Shown here one piece after another: positions 36,599 through 50,900 of a stretch of DNA of 63,503 bases (the first letter of the stretch is position 1; every line of letters begins with the position of its first letter). This DNA comes from Fonticula alba ATCC 38817 (lineage: Eukaryota; Protista; Nucleariida): NCBI GenBank assembly GCA_000388065.2, contig KB932204.1; one strand, 5' to 3'. Both the position numbers and the translations under genes were made by a program. The notes under the pieces are model-generated. The model had not been told where the DNA came from and did no database searches. It saw only the letters and a program-made list of their open reading frames with translations.

Positions 36599-38209
36599 TC
36601 AGTGCCGATGGCGCTTGAAGTGCGGATGCTCCGGCTCGCCACCGCGAGGACGTTGGTGGTGGTGGTGGTGGTAAGGGGGGTGGTGGGCCCTCTTTCCACC
36701 AGGGGGAGGGCGACGGTAGTCCGGTGGCCCAGGGGCCCAGGAACCCGGCGTGGGCGGCGGCAACAGGGGAATGGCACCGGGAGGCGGGGGCAGAGACGGC
36801 ATGCCCGACGCCGGGGCCGGGGGAAGGAGGGGTGCGCCTGGTGGCCGTCCTGGACCGGGGCCCATGCCCGGAGGCGGGGGCAAGATCGGCACACGAGCCC
36901 CTCCGGGAGGCGGCAAGTAGGTCGGATGCGGGGAAAGAGCATGCCCGGGTGTCGGGCCGGGCGCAGACGCCCCGCCGGCCGGCACATTGACCGGCGGCAA
37001 GGATGGCGGGGGCGCGGCGTTCGAGGGCCCGGCAGGCGAGCGGCGAGGTGCCTCCGGCTCCGGGGCCCATGTCATGATGGCCTTGCGCCGAGTGGCGTCA
37101 TCAATCAACTCGCGCAACAGGCCGTGGCTCCTCAGGGTGTCAATGTGGCCGACAACGATTTGCATGAAACGCGCGCGGGTGAGGGCCACATTCAGGCGCT
37201 GCTGGTCGGCCACGAAGGACAGCGAGTCGGCCGACGGGTTTCCCCGCATGGTGGCCCGCACGCAGGAGAGCAGCATGATGTCCTTCTCCCGGCCCTGGAA
37301 CCCGTCGACCGTGTTCACCTCGATGTCCCCCAGGTCCGGATTCATTTGGAGCTGTGCGCGGATCTCGAACACCTGGTCCTTGTAGGGGGTAATGATGCCA
37401 ACGTGATCGGCGATCGAGAAGTCCAGCGCCGAGGCCAGGCGCTCGATGATGATGCGAATGGCCTGGGCTTCTTTGGCGTTGATGCGCGAGTGGGAGCCGA
37501 CGTTGCGATGTTCCTGCGCGCGTGAGGATGGGGTGAGGGAAGGGGGAGGGGGGAGGGGGGTGAGACATCGTCGACAGGGAGACTGTGGGGTGATGTGCAT
37601 GTGTGTGTGTGTGTGTGTGTATGTGGGGGGGGGGGCGGGGAGAGGAGCGGAGCGGGCTGAGAGAAATGCAAGGGAGACGGGAAATGCACACGCACCTGGC
37701 CAGGCAGATCGATGAAGACGAATGGCCGGGTGAAGAGCGGGTGGTTGATGAAGCCAGGCCGGGAGCTGCGGACGGGACGGCGCATGCGCATGTGAATGCG
37801 TGCGTGGGGGATGCAGGTGGGCGTGTGGCAAGGGAGTCAGGAAGAGAAGGGCCGGGGGGGGGGGGAGAGGGGGATGGGCAGGTGTGGAATGTGGTCCATG
37901 GGGCCGGGAAGGGGGGCGAGCGCACATCACCAGCGACGAGTCGCGAAGCTTGCCGTTGTAGAAAGTCCGCGAAGGGAAGGACGAGATCTCCGGGTGCATG
38001 CGGTACTGGACATCCAGGAAGTAGGTTTCATCCGGACGAATGGCATCCAGGCGCTCGAAGATACTGCGCTCGAAGCGGAAGGGCTGTGTAGCAGGCGGGG
38101 CCCAGCAGCAGGGCGCACAGGGACACCAGTGGCGGAGGCAAGAAGGCGAGAAATGCGCGCCGAGTCAGACACAGAGGGCATTGGATGTTGCAAAATGGGC
38201 ATGTATGCG

Positions 38210-38250
<41 letters not shown>

Positions 38251-41200
38251 GGACATGTGGGTTTGCGTGCGCACACTCAGGTTATGCGACAAAACCGTGG
38301 CTGGCAGCTGCTTCGGATCGCCAACCAGGATAAAGCGTCGGGACTTAAAGCGCAGGGCCATCAGAACACTGGGCTCGGTGGCCTGGCCCGCTTCATCGAC
38401 GATGATCGCGTCGAAGGTGGTCCCACGGGCCAGCTCGTCAAAGACATCCGAGCCGAGCAGGTTGAGGGTACTGGGGCACGGTGAGTGTGATGGGGCACGA
38501 GCGGCAGGGATCGGGAGGAGGGCCGGCCACAGGGTCGGTGAAGGGTGGCCGGGACATACCTGCAAATGACACGGCTCCGACGCAGGAGATCCTGCTTCCA
38601 GTGGAGTTTGCGCGTCTCTGGCCATTTGGTCGAAGGGCAAAAGGGACACAGGGCCAAAGTAAGTGGCATGCCCTGCACAAGGGAAAGAGCCCCCCCCGCC
38701 CCCCCTGTCCCGCGGAATAGTGCTCGCGCACAAAGCCCCCGCAACATACCGACATTCATCTGCCTCAGCAGCTCATCCAAGCTGTTGTCGCGGATCTGCT
38801 GATGGACCGTGTTGATGGCCTCCTGCCCGAGAACACGAATGGGCGTCAGGTCGCTGTTGCTCCGGCTGGACGCGATGCCCGAGAGGGAGGTCAGAAAGGG
38901 GAGCCAGCCATGTGGGCAGGTAAGACAAGGGGATGACGATGCCATCGCCATGGGCGGAGTCAAGCATGCACAGGAGGATGAGACGGAGGGAGGAGCCAAG
39001 GAGGAAGGACAAACGCGAGGCGAGTGTTCAACACCAGCGGGGGAGGAACGCACAGCAGCCGAAGCATCACCTCATCGACCGCCACATTGGAGTGAGAGCA
39101 GACCAGGATTTTCATGGTGTTTGACCGGCTGCTGTTGAGCATCTGACAAATGAGCTCCTTGATGACACGCGTCTTGCCGGTGCCCGGCGGGCCCTGAATC
39201 AGCATGAGCCCGGTGCTGTTGATGGCCCCCTCCATGGCGGCCACCTGTGAGGCATTGAACACCGGGTCATCGGTGTCGCCGGAGGCGGTACCCCGGCGCT
39301 CCTGCGCCGGGTAGCGATACTTAACCAGGGCAGGGGCACGGCCTGCCTTGCCGAGGATTTGCATCTCCAGCTGGCGGTCGACGGCGAAATTCTGCGACGC
39401 ACATGTGTACATGGGAGAGAGAGAGAGAGAGAGAGCAGGGAGTCGGAGGCGAAGAGCCAGGGAGGGCAGGCATGATGAGGACCGGGTCAGCCAACAGGCA
39501 CATGCCCCGCCGGGTGGCCATCAACGAAGGGGGCAAAAGGCAAAATGGAAGGAAGCCCAGGGCAGAGGGACCTTGAGCGCGCGGTACTCCAAAAAGAAGG
39601 CGACCACCGAGAGGAGGCGGGAAATCTCCCACTTCTGCATGCTGTAATTGGGGCCGAGCTTGCCGAAGATCGATCGGCACTCGATCTGGCTGCGTTCATT
39701 GCTGATGCGCAGGATGGCCAGCAGGATGCCATGGTTGGCGCGCTGCTGCCGGTGGCTGGAGGCGCCATGCGGCGTCAAAATGACCAGGTCCATTTCCGAC
39801 ACCTGGTTGAGGATCTTCGGGCAGTGGATGACCACATTGTCGAACTTCTTCCCCCGGGGGGAGGACACAATCTTGGCGGGGAAGCTGGTGCACGCGCGCG
39901 CGGGGAAAAAAAAAAAAGGGAGCAGGAGGACCAGCCCTGAGGGTCAGCGAGCAGGAACGCACGCCGGCGGCCGGCAGGGAGCAACGGTGGCCGGCAGTCG
40001 GCACGTACAAGTCCGGCTTTGGGTAGTGCGTCATGCAGATGTTGGCCCGGGTCTCGTGCAGGAAGAGCGGCAGGAAGTAGTCCAGATACTGGCGTATCGA
40101 GTGGAAGCTGCACCAATGGGCAATGTCCGTCAGTGTTAACTGCGTCTTTGGCGTCAGAGTGACAGCGAGCGAGAGGGAGGAGGCAGGGCATGTACACGGA
40201 GGGAATGGTGCGAGGGGGCTTGGCCAGCTCCGCCGGCAGGGCGGGCTCCTTGCGGAAGATCAGACAGTCCATCGGCAGGGTCAGGACCGCCTCCCAGAAC
40301 TCCTCATCCTCGGTGGAGTTCTCCGTGGTGGAGGGGGCCCGAATGAGGCAGCTGGAGGGGGGAGGGAGTTGCAAGCGAAGGTCAGGTGTTTTTTTGGACA
40401 ATGGGTCTCTCGCCAGACAAGCCGGGGAAGGGGGATACCTGGCAGCCGGTCCGCCCGTCGAAAAGAGGGGCGTGGCCATGGGCCTCGAGGGCTGGAGCGA
40501 GGCACGCAGCATGGCGGTCGTCTTGCTCAATGAGCCTGCCGCGGGCCGGGGGAGGGGAACACTCGGGCGGCTGGGCGAGGAGGTGCCATAGAGCTACGGG
40601 GACCGGGGTCGGGTGCATTGGTCAGGGGGCGGGGGATGGGCAGGTGGCCGAACGCGGGCAGTGGCGAGCACATCCGCGCCCGAGGAGAGACGTACGGCCG
40701 CGAGGGTCGACGAGATGGAGGACTTCCTGGCCGGAGGGGGGTTCTTGATGACGGGCGCCGAGGCGGCCGCGGTGGGCAGGGAGGCCGGGCGCTTGAAGGT
40801 GACCGGCCTGGCGGCCGGGGCCTGCTCCTCGGGGTCCGAATCGGAGAAGCCGGCCTCGGGCGAGTCCGACAGGACGATGGCCTCATCGCTGGAGTCGGAG
40901 TCGGAGCCGCTGGTCAGGATGACAGGCGAATCCGGGGCTAACCCCGGGGCCGGCGCCTCCACCGGCTCAGGAGTGCGAGGGCTATCAGGCTCGGGCCGAG
41001 GGCCGACGGTGGTCCTGGACCCCGGGTCGGCTGCAGCACCGGGAGCAAGGGCCATCGACTCGGAGCTGGGAGCCGGCTCGGGGGACGTGCTTAACTCGAG
41101 GGCATCCTCCGGGGAGGAGGTGAGCCCGGGCGGCGAGTCGGATGCGGACGCAGTCAGCGGCACGACCACAGCCGCACCGGTAGCATTGGGGGCCGGACCG

Positions 41201-41910
41201 GCAACCGGCGTGGCAGCCGCTAAGACCACCGGCACGGCCACTGGCGGGGCAGCGGCCATCGGCGTCGACGCGGCGCCCCGGGTGTTGCCGGGCTCGGCGG
41301 CGGGTGTAGCGGCGGCTGGCCGGGCCGCGAGTGGCCCCGGCGGCGGGGCAATCGGCACGGTCACCGGCGATGGCGGGCGCCCATCAGCCTGCACCAAGCG
41401 GGAGAGATCGATCAGCGTCGGCACGCGGGGAGGCTTGGCGGGGGTCGCCGGCGAGGAGTCCATCAAGTCGATGGTCAACTGATCCAACTCGTCCAGCCCC
41501 TCAACCGCGTCGTGGGGGATGCTGGCGGCACACGGGAGGACGCCGGCCGGCGGGGAGTCGGCCACCCGGGGGGCGGGGCCGGGCGCCGGGGCCGGGGCCG
41601 GGGCCGGCGCGACCATCATGTTCGCCAGCGGGCTCCGGGCCACTTGCGGGGAGGCCGGGGGGATGACGCCGGCCAATACCGCTGCAAGGGGGGAAAGGTT
41701 GTGGTCGACCGACTGCCGCCGCCGGGCCTGGGCATTCTGGAGGATGCTCTTGAGGGAGTTCACTTCCGAGAGGGCGTCATGCAGGCTGATGGACGACTGG
41801 CCGGCATCCGGGTCGGGCATGGGGGCCCGCTCAGCCGGGGCCGGGGTGCGCAGGGCAAGGGCACCGGCCGTGGTTGTGGACCGCCCCGCGGCAAGGGGCT
41901 CCAGGCCCAT
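36599..41910 (-). CDS. SEN1: Sen1/senataxin-like SF1B (UPF1-like) RNA/DNA helicase; 5' end uncertain
   Basis: Motifs IQGPPGTGKT, VCSHSNVAVDE, IIVDEAGQ, LVGDPKQLPAT, LDVQYRMHP, GIITPY, VNTVDGFQGREKD, RLNVALTRAR. Sen1-type FHSIRQYLDYFLPLFLHE and EYRAL segments. Multi-exon with phase-consistent GT-AG junctions. Confidence 0.87.
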
Positions 41911-42273
41911 GGCCAGGGCGAGGGCCCGGTTGACCGGCGCCGGGTTGTCTGGCAAGCATGGGGTGATGCATGTGTGCGCATGCGTGCGTGAGATATGGCG
42001 ATACGGCGGGCGGGCGGGGGCGGCGAGGGTGGGTGGGTGGGGGGGGGGGGGGGGGGAAGGGCAGAAGACGAACCGGCAGGCGGGGGCGGCGAGTCGGGCG
42101 GCACGCTCATGCTCGCTGGGCAGGGGGTGCGCGGGCCGGGACGTGCCGCTCCTTCGGGCTCTCGGCTCGAGAGGCGCCCAGACAGAGGGGTGCAGACAGG
42201 GGTGGCGGAAAGCGGGAAGGCAAGGCAAGGGGAGGGGGCAGCAGGGTGGAGGCGAAGGGGACGGGGATGAGGT

Positions 42274-42288
42274 GGGGGGGGGGGGGGG

Positions 42289-42338
<50 letters not shown>
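42274..42338 (+). repeat. About 65-nt poly-G tract (one interruption) upstream of SEN1
   Basis: Visible directly; could form a G-quadruplex. Homopolymer length may be mis-assembled. Confidence 0.8.
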
Positions 42339-42340
<2 letters not shown>

Positions 42341-43434
42341 AGATCGTGCGGCCGTGCGTTAGCAGAGCGCCTCTCTCTCTCTCTCTTTCCGGACACCAGC
42401 GCGCCTTGCAGTGAAGGGGATGGCCGCGGCGGCGGGGACCAGCAGGCCCGCACGGCGCGTAGATTTGGATCTCCCTGCCTGCGCACGGCCCGGGGTGCAG
42501 GGGGGGGGAGCCGGGGTTGGCATGCCGACGGCCGGCCACCCGCGGCCGCCAGCCGGCCGGTTGTCAGATCGCGGCTGGTTTCCCGGCTTGCCTCTCCCCC
42601 CTGCGGCGGGCCGGAGGGGGGGCGTGTGGACGGGGCCATCGTGTCAGGTGCCGACTCTTGGGCCGGGGCGAGGGTGGCGCCGACCGGCTGACGTGGCCAC
42701 GGGGTCGGGAATCTGCGGGCGCAGGTTGGCGCGCGCGCCGGCCGGGGCCGGGCGCAGGGGGCACCGGGGGCCGGGTGGCCGGCCGGCCGGGCCTCCTGAG
42801 GGCGTTTTTCCATGCTCGGGAGTTCCCTGCGCGGTGGTTAGACTGCCTCGCGGGGAGTACCTTTGCATTCCAAATGCCGGTCCCGGCGCACTTCTGACCT
42901 TCCCAGGCGCTGTGCGTCGAGCTGGCCACTCAGACACGGAATGTGAGCTGGTTCGCTTCTGAGCCACAGCAATCCCGCTACTCCACGCTGGCGTCGCCGG
43001 TTTCCCACCGATTCCCAGCACTATTATCGGCGGAACATCCCCCCCCTTTTTTCTTTCCTCTCTTCGCCCTGCCCAAAATAATTGAAGTGTGTGTGGCCGA
43101 CGTGTGTGTGTGTTTGTGTGTGTGTGCGCATGGGGCGGAAGAAGGGGAAAGGGCGGGGCTATGCGTTGGCTCGCGTCCCCACCCGTGTTCCTGCGCAGGG
43201 GAGCGCGGCATGTGGCCGACCGTGTGTCAGGCAGGGCCGTTGGTCTACGCCCCCCCCCCCCCCCCCCACATATGTACACACACATGAGAAGAGGAATGTT
43301 CTATTGCAGAGGGAGCCAACAGGAAGGAGAGAGAGAGAGGGAGCAGCGATGTGTGCCTGTGCATGTGTGAGCAACACACGCACGGAGGGAAGAGGGGAAG
43401 AAGGGAGAGGATACACACTTCCACACACCCACCA

Positions 43435-46400
43435 TCAGATCAGCTCGTCATCGTAGTGGTCGATGCTGGCCGGGGGCACGGTGGAGGCCAGGTTGTGGGC
43501 GGTGTTGGTCAGGCGCCCGGCAATGCCGACAGTGGAGGCCGAGGAGGACGACGAGGCGGAGGTGATGTTGCCGCCGGTGGCGCGGGACATGGGCGACCCG
43601 CCAACGGCGCCCGTGAGCAGGCCCTTGTTGCCGGAGGCCGGGCCGCTGATGAGCCCGCGCACGGAATCCTGCGTGAGGAACAGATCGTGGCGCTGGTCCC
43701 GGTAGTTGAGCCACACTTCCGAGGCATTGAGCTGCTCCTGCAGCGTGGCCCCATGGACCGGGTCATTGGACAGGGCCTTGAGGCAGCGGACAATCTGGGC
43801 CTTGATGGCGGCGGCGCCCTCCTGCACGGCCAGCGGCTCCTGCAGCAACTTCAGGAAGACCGCCACCAGGCGCGTCTCCAGGGCCTGCTGGCCGAAGGAC
43901 CCGCGGTTGTTGGCGAACTCCACCTCGAACATCAGGCGCAGGGTGTCGGCCACCAGGTTCACATGGTCCAGCGACTGGGCGGCCACATGCAGCAGCGGGG
44001 CCACGGTCGGGAAGCCGGCCATGGCCTCCAGGCAGGACGCATGCGAGCAGGTCTCATTGGCAATGATGACGGCCGCCTCGAGCACATGGATGTTGGTGGA
44101 CGAGCGCATGATGGCAAACACGCGCTTCATGTAATCCAACCCGGCCAGGTAGGGGGCCAGGATGGGCTGCGACCGGATGAGCAGGGCCACCGCGGCGCCG
44201 ATGAGCGCCAGCGGCTCGGCCACCGCCTGCTCCGTGGCTTCGGTGAAGAACCGCTCAAACAGGGCATTGAGGAAGTGCTTGGGATTGCGAATGCCCCAGT
44301 TGGGCTGGCGGATGAACAGCCGCAGGAACACCCCGCCAACGCACACCTCCGGCAGGCCGCCCTCCCCGCCGGCGGCCATGGCCGCCTCCTCGTAGAGGGG
44401 CGGCGCATCGTCAGCCGGCGGCTGCCACACCGCCCCACTGAGATCGCCATTCTGCAAATTGAAGAAGGCCCGGCACTGCCGGCGAATGGACGTCTGGATG
44501 TACTTGCGCATGTCGGCCGTCCAGATGAGCTCCGGGTTTTCGTCATCCCGCTCGAAGGTGAGCACCGCGGTTTCCGGATTTTCCCGGATGGTCTCCATGA
44601 ACACCGGCGGCAGGAAGCGATTGACCAGCAGCACCACCCGCGGCCCGTGGAGCTTGTCCGAGGACATCTTGCCGAGCACCGCGGCGGCCGATGTCCGAAC
44701 TTGGCCATTCTTCGAGTTGCAAATCAAGTGCAACAGATACAGCAGGCCACCCTTGCGCAGGGCCTCCTCCACCAGCTTGGAATTGGAGAAGAGCCCATGC
44801 AGCAGGTCCAGCACCGGCAGGAAGGCCACTTCCATCTTGGCAATCAGCACCAGGGCATTGTGCAGGACCCCGGCCTCGGCGATGGCCGTGATGCAAGCCC
44901 GGCTGGAGATGGTCCGCTCGATGGCCCGCAGGGCCACCACCGGGACCGGCACATCCGGCAGGGTGATGTCCGCCGAGGTGGACGCATTGTCCGAGTCGAT
45001 GCTCAGGAAGAAGAAGAGCAGCTTGAAGCGCGACACGGTCAGCAGCTCCTCGGCGATGGCCGGCACGCTGGTCTGCCCGATGACCGTCGATTGCGAGGTC
45101 GACAACGACAGCAGGTGATACAGGGCAAGGAGAATCTGCCGCGACTCGCCGACGGCCGTGGCCGCCCGGCGGGTGAGATCCTCCGGGGTTTCCTCGGCCA
45201 TGCCCGGGGTGGCCGGGGCCGGGGTCGGTGGCGGCGACACCCCGGCCGCCGCGGCCTTCTGCAGCTGCTGCGCCCGGAAGAGAACCTCGGCCGACAGGCG
45301 CAAGTGCCCGACCAGAGCCTGCATGAAGGCCGGCGGGTCTTCGATGATGAAGGTGGGGTCCTTGTTGAAGATGCGCACATAGATGTGCCCGACGTAGAGC
45401 TCATCCCGCAGGTCGCGGAAGTGGAAGTTGGCCCCGTGGCTGGGGTCGGCCCCGCCGCCACGCTCCATGGCGTCCAGCTGGGTCTGGACATAGTCCAGCA
45501 GCTCCACCCGGGTGGAGTTGTTCCAAATGAGGTACGGGTTCTCGGCATTGCTGGTGAGCATCTTCAGCGCCTCGGAGGCCGACTCGTTGGACAGCTGATG
45601 CGACAGGTACCAAGTGAGCAGGCTCTCCAGCCCGGCGCGGATCGGCAAGTTGCTGGGGCTGGTCAGGTCCATCTCGGCGAAGCCCTTCATGTTGTACGCA
45701 TGGATGGAGGCGAACTCCGAGCTGCCATCCTCCGGCATGGAGGCGAAGGTCTGGCCGGCGGCGACCAGCTCGCCGGAGGCGGTGGTGGCACCCTCGATCA
45801 CATTCACGCCGGTGTGAACACTCTCGGTGACCTCGCGCTGTGTGTGTGTGTGTGTGTGTGTGCGTGTGTGTGTGTGTGTGCGTGTGTGTGCGTGCATGTG
45901 TGCGTGTGTGAGCATGTGAAGAGGGGGGCCGGGGGCGGGAGGATGACAGTGTGACAAGGGCAGCCGGCGGGCACGTACCTTGAGCGAGATGATGCCGGTC
46001 AGGTAGCCACCCAGGCGGCCGAGCGCACGCAGGGCCAGCACCGCGCAGTGGTTGGCCGTCTGCTGGAAGCTGTGCTCGATGGACGTCTCGACGCCACTCT
46101 CGGCCAGGGTGTAATCATACTTGAAGAGCATGGGGATCAGGTGCCAGATGGCCCCATGGCGAGCCAGGGCATTCTGCAGGCTGGCATTCCGGGCAAAGTA
46201 GATGCACGACTCGATGGCGGCCACACGCATGCGCGGGATGTTGACAAAGCGCAAGGCCAGGGCCACATTGCGCACGACGTTGTCCCGGTCGACGATGGCG
46301 GCGCAGCAGTCGTCGAAGAGCGACGACACGGCGAACATGCGCATCAAGTGCGTCGAGGTGACAGCGGCGATGTCATTCTCCTGCGTGGTCAGGCCGATGA

Positions 46401-47942
46401 TGTCCATGCACCGGATGAAGGCGTCGGAGGCCACATCGAAGCCGCCCTCGCGGAGGAGCTCCCGCGCATTGAGGGCCGACACGTTGACCGTGTGGAAGGC
46501 CAGCTCGGCGGCCGAGGGCAGCAAGGACAGCGACCGGGAGAAGAGCTTCTCATCGGCCGTCTCCATTTGCATGGTCTTAATGAGCAGCGGGTACCCGGCA
46601 TACTTGTACGGCGACAGGGCCGGGCCATAGCGAGCAAAGAGGATCGACTGGGCCCGGATGATGGTCTCGATGTTGAGGGGGGTCGGGCCGTCGGCCGTCT
46701 TGGCCGAGAAGGACACCAGGAACTCGTAGGCCTTGTTGACACTGGAGGTGTGTGCATGTGTGTGTGTGTGNNNNNNNNNNCGTCGCCCAGGGAGAGGGGG
46801 CAAGCAAGCAAGCAAGCAAGCAAGCAAACAAGCACACGCGGATGACGTACGACTCGAAGATCTCGCGGCCATCGGGGTTCTTGTCCGGATGGTACTTGGC
46901 CGCCATGCGGAAGTAGGCCTTGCGGATGTCCGCCTCGAGATAGGTCTTCTCCGGGGTCAAGCCGAGGACGCTGAGGGCACTGTCGTACGTGAGGACAGGC
47001 GGCTTCTTGTCGACCTCGCGCTTCCAGGCATCCAGCACGTCCTTGAGCAGCTCCACCTGCGCATGCATGTATATGTGTTGTACGTGTGCGCACACACGCC
47101 CACGAGCCAAGGCAAGCGCGCGGGACAGGCAGGAGGGGGAGACACAGTAGACATGTAAGTCATCGGGTGTACGTGGGGCAGGGGGAGAGGAGGCACATCA
47201 TCACATGGGCCGGAGGTGACGCACCGGCCGGCTGATGGGCCAGTTGGGGAACTTGGCCGTGTTGGTCAGGTGGCGCAGGTAGTAAATGTTGCAGAAGAGC
47301 TCGTCGGCCAGCTGCGGGTAGGGGATGGTCGGGATGGGGTGGTACGAGTAGATGGCATAGGTGTTGGACATCAGGCGCGGGGTGAACTCGCTGATGTGGG
47401 CGGCGATCTTCTCGATCATCAGCCGGCGCATCTCGTGCGACCAGATGGCCTCCGGGGTGTCGAAGTCCCCGAGGAAGATCTTGGAGAACTTCTCGTGGCC
47501 GTGGTTTTGCAGATAGCACACCATGGCCACCGGCAGGATGGGCGACAGGACACTGCGCGCGGCGTCCGGATGCGAGAGGAACAGCTGCTCGTCGTCGTTG
47601 CGGTAGGCCTGCTTGTCGTGTGTCGCCTCCCAGAACCGAACCAACGGCAGGAGGTTGGACCCGGTGTACATGAGAGAGAAGAGGAAGGCACCGGTCTGGA
47701 AGAGCTTCGGCATGTTGGGGTTGTCCTCCATGATGTTGGTCAGCAGGGTGGCCGTCTTCTCCACCAGGGTCGGGTCGAAGGTGAGGAAGAGATTGACCAG
47801 GTGCGGCAGGCAGGTGGACTCGGACAGGATGCTGTTGGCGGGCGGCGGGCAGGGGAGAGAGGAGGGGGAAAAAAGGGGGGGGGAAGGGTCGGGTCAATAG
47901 AAGCGAATAAGCTCCCGCGCCTGCCGGGACAAGGGGCTGCAA

Positions 47943-47974
<32 letters not shown>

Positions 47975-50900
47975 CAGCACAAAAAGATGGTCGGGGAAGA
48001 GATGCGCACCGCTTGATCTTCGGCAGCGGGCGGATGACCGCGCCATCGGCCTCGCGCGTGGGGAACATCTGGCAGACGCGGTTGAAGACGTCCAGCACCA
48101 GGACCGCCACCTGGGTCTCATTCATGATGCCGGGCTTGCCGTCGACCAGAGACCACTTGAGCTGGGCGACGGTCGACAGCTTGCGCCAGCCATCCATGCC
48201 AGGGGCCCAGCAGCGGGTGTCGTTGTTGATCTGTGGCGATGAAGCCGGGTCAGTCACGGCGGGTAGGGGCAAGAAGGGGGGGGGGGGAGAGGAGATGCCC
48301 CGGGCGGAGGGCCGAGAAGGTGGCAAAAGGCGAAGGCCCAGGCGGCCAGGGGGAAACGGGCGCGACACGTACCACCCCGGTGCGGAAGAGCTCCTTGAAC
48401 TCGTCGAAGCCGAAGGGGCCCGTCTGGGCGTTGTTGTTGGAAGCATCGTTGTAGTACCACTCCTTCTCGGATTGGGGCTTGCTGTCGCCGGCCTCCAGGA
48501 GGTTCGACTGCAGGGGGGTCTGGGCACGGTCAATGTGGAAGTGCGCAAGAGTCAGCAGGTCCACAAAGAGGCGAATGCCCTTGGCTTCGATGAAGGCCTT
48601 GACGTTCTCACGCAGCATGAGCAGCTTGTCCAGGAAGATGAGCAGGCGATCGCGCTCCACCTTGGACGAAGTCAGGCGGAGGATCTGTACGATGTAGGGC
48701 AGATCGGTGAAGGGGCCTGCGCGCGGGTCATGGTTGTGGAAGGGAGGGANNNNNNNNNNNNNNNNNNNNNNNNNNNNNNNNNNNNNNNNNNNNNNNNNNN
48801 NNNNNNNNNNNNNNNNNNNNNNNNNNNNNNNNNNNNNNNNNNNNNNNNNNNNNNNNNNNNNNNNNNNNNNNNNNNNNNNNNNNNNNNNNNNNNNNNNNNN
48901 NNNNNNNNNNNNNNNNNNNNGGGAGGGAGAGGGAGGGAGAGGAGGGGAGAGGAGGGGAGAGGGAGGGGAAAGAGGGAGAGGGAGGGAGAAATGCGTCAGG
49001 AAAGGAGGAGCCAGAGGGAGACACAGGAACATATGCAGCAAAGGAGAGGAGGAAACGACGCGCACCGATCTCCTCGCCATACCGGCCATAGACGATGGCC
49101 ATGGCCTGCAGACAGAGCAGCTTCATGTGCTGCTGCTGCGTCAGCAGGAACCGGTGATACAGCTCGAAGAAGAAGTCCACCGGCTTGAGGACCCCGTAGC
49201 CGGTCTCCTGCTCCAGGAGCAGGCGCACATAATTGTCACCGATGCACAGCTCCTCGCTCAGGCTCTCGTAGGTAACCTCGAACTCGACGAAGTTCCAGGA
49301 GATGACCAGGTTCAGGCCGCCGAGCTCCTTGTCGACATTCAGGCCGCGCATCTCCGCCTCCAGGGCCTCCTTCAGCTCTTCGCGGGTCTTCTCATTCCAA
49401 ATGAGGTCCGGCCGGGCGTGGTCCTGGCGGAAGTGGTAGTACAGCAGATCCCAGTTTTGCTCATGCCGGGCATGGGTGGCGCGCTTGCGGTACACCACCG
49501 GCCGGGGAGCCTCCTTGGGCTTCTTCTGCGTGAAGAGGGAGGAGTTGTTCCAATGCTCGATGAAGCGCTGTGCGAAGCGCGGGGGAGTTCCATTTTGCCC
49601 GACACCGGGAAGAGGAGGATGCCCAACAGCGGGTCGACCGAAAGTCAGCACATGCGATGGGGCGTGTGTGCGTGTGTGCGTGTGTGTGTGTGTATGTGTG
49701 TGTGTGTATGAGGGAGCAACCCTCGCCAAGTGCCGAGCACAGGAGGATTCACCGAGCGAGAGCGGGCGAATGGCAAGACAAACGAAGGAAGGGAAAAGGC
49801 CAGAGACGCAGCACCGGACATACCTCCACATGGCTCTGGCGCTTCTCGCGCTCGCCGGCGCGGACGTCGCGCGTGTCCAGCTCGATGTGGTCATCGGCCG
49901 GCGGGACATCCGAGCTGCTGAGGTACGCCACCAGGCCCTTGGGGAAAATGTGGCCCAGGAGGGCCACCGACTCGGCGTTGCCCTCGGTCCAGAGGGAAAT
50001 CAGCTGGCGACTGATCTCGCGATTGGTGAGGGTATGGCGCTCGGAGCTGTTGGTGTAGAGGGCCGTGTACAGGTGCACCAGCAGCGACCCCTCCGACAGG
50101 GCCAGGTGCTGCAGACGCTCGAGCACCTCGCGCGGGGCCTCCTCGGCCATGGCACGCATCAGCAAGCCGGCCCCCTTGACAATGGTCACCGAAGGGTGCT
50201 GGAACAGGCGGAACAGGTTCCGGCCCAGGTCCGACAGCATCTTCAGCACCATGGCAAATTGGTCGGCGTCCGTGGTCAGGCTGTACGGCTGGCAGATGGC
50301 GTAGGTGAAGAAGTCCAGCAGGGCCGCGCAAATGAGGGCCCCGGTGCCCAGCTGCGAGTGGGTGCTCAGCAGCCGGCAGAGGTTGCCGACAAACTGCTCG
50401 GACTTGAGCAGGGCCCGCTTGTTGAGCTGCTCCTGGGCCGGGTCATACAGGTCGTGCATCGGCCGCATGAGGGCCGCCAGCAGGTCGATGGCCGCATACT
50501 TGACACCATCCGACGAGTGCCGCAGGGCCTGGACGATGCGCTGGCCGATGCGCGTGCGGAACCCATCCAGGCTGATGAATGCATCGAAGCCGACGCGCGA
50601 GGCCACCAGCCGCCGGAGGAACTCAAACTGCTCGGCCGCGCTGATGGCGTTGGCGTTGTACGACGCCTGGCCGGGACCGAAGACGGCGTTGATGGCGCCG
50701 TGGATCAGCTCGACCTCCTTGCTGTCCAGGATATCGTGCAGGTGGAGGCCGCTGTAGTCGACGTTGGCATTGAAGCTGGTCCGGCCAGGAAAATGTGTGC
50801 GTGTGTGTGGGGGGGGGGGAGGTGTCAGTGGCGGGAACAGGGCGAGATCGGGCGGAGGAAGGCCGAAGAAGGGCAGGCGGGATGGAGGGTCGCAGCGTCA

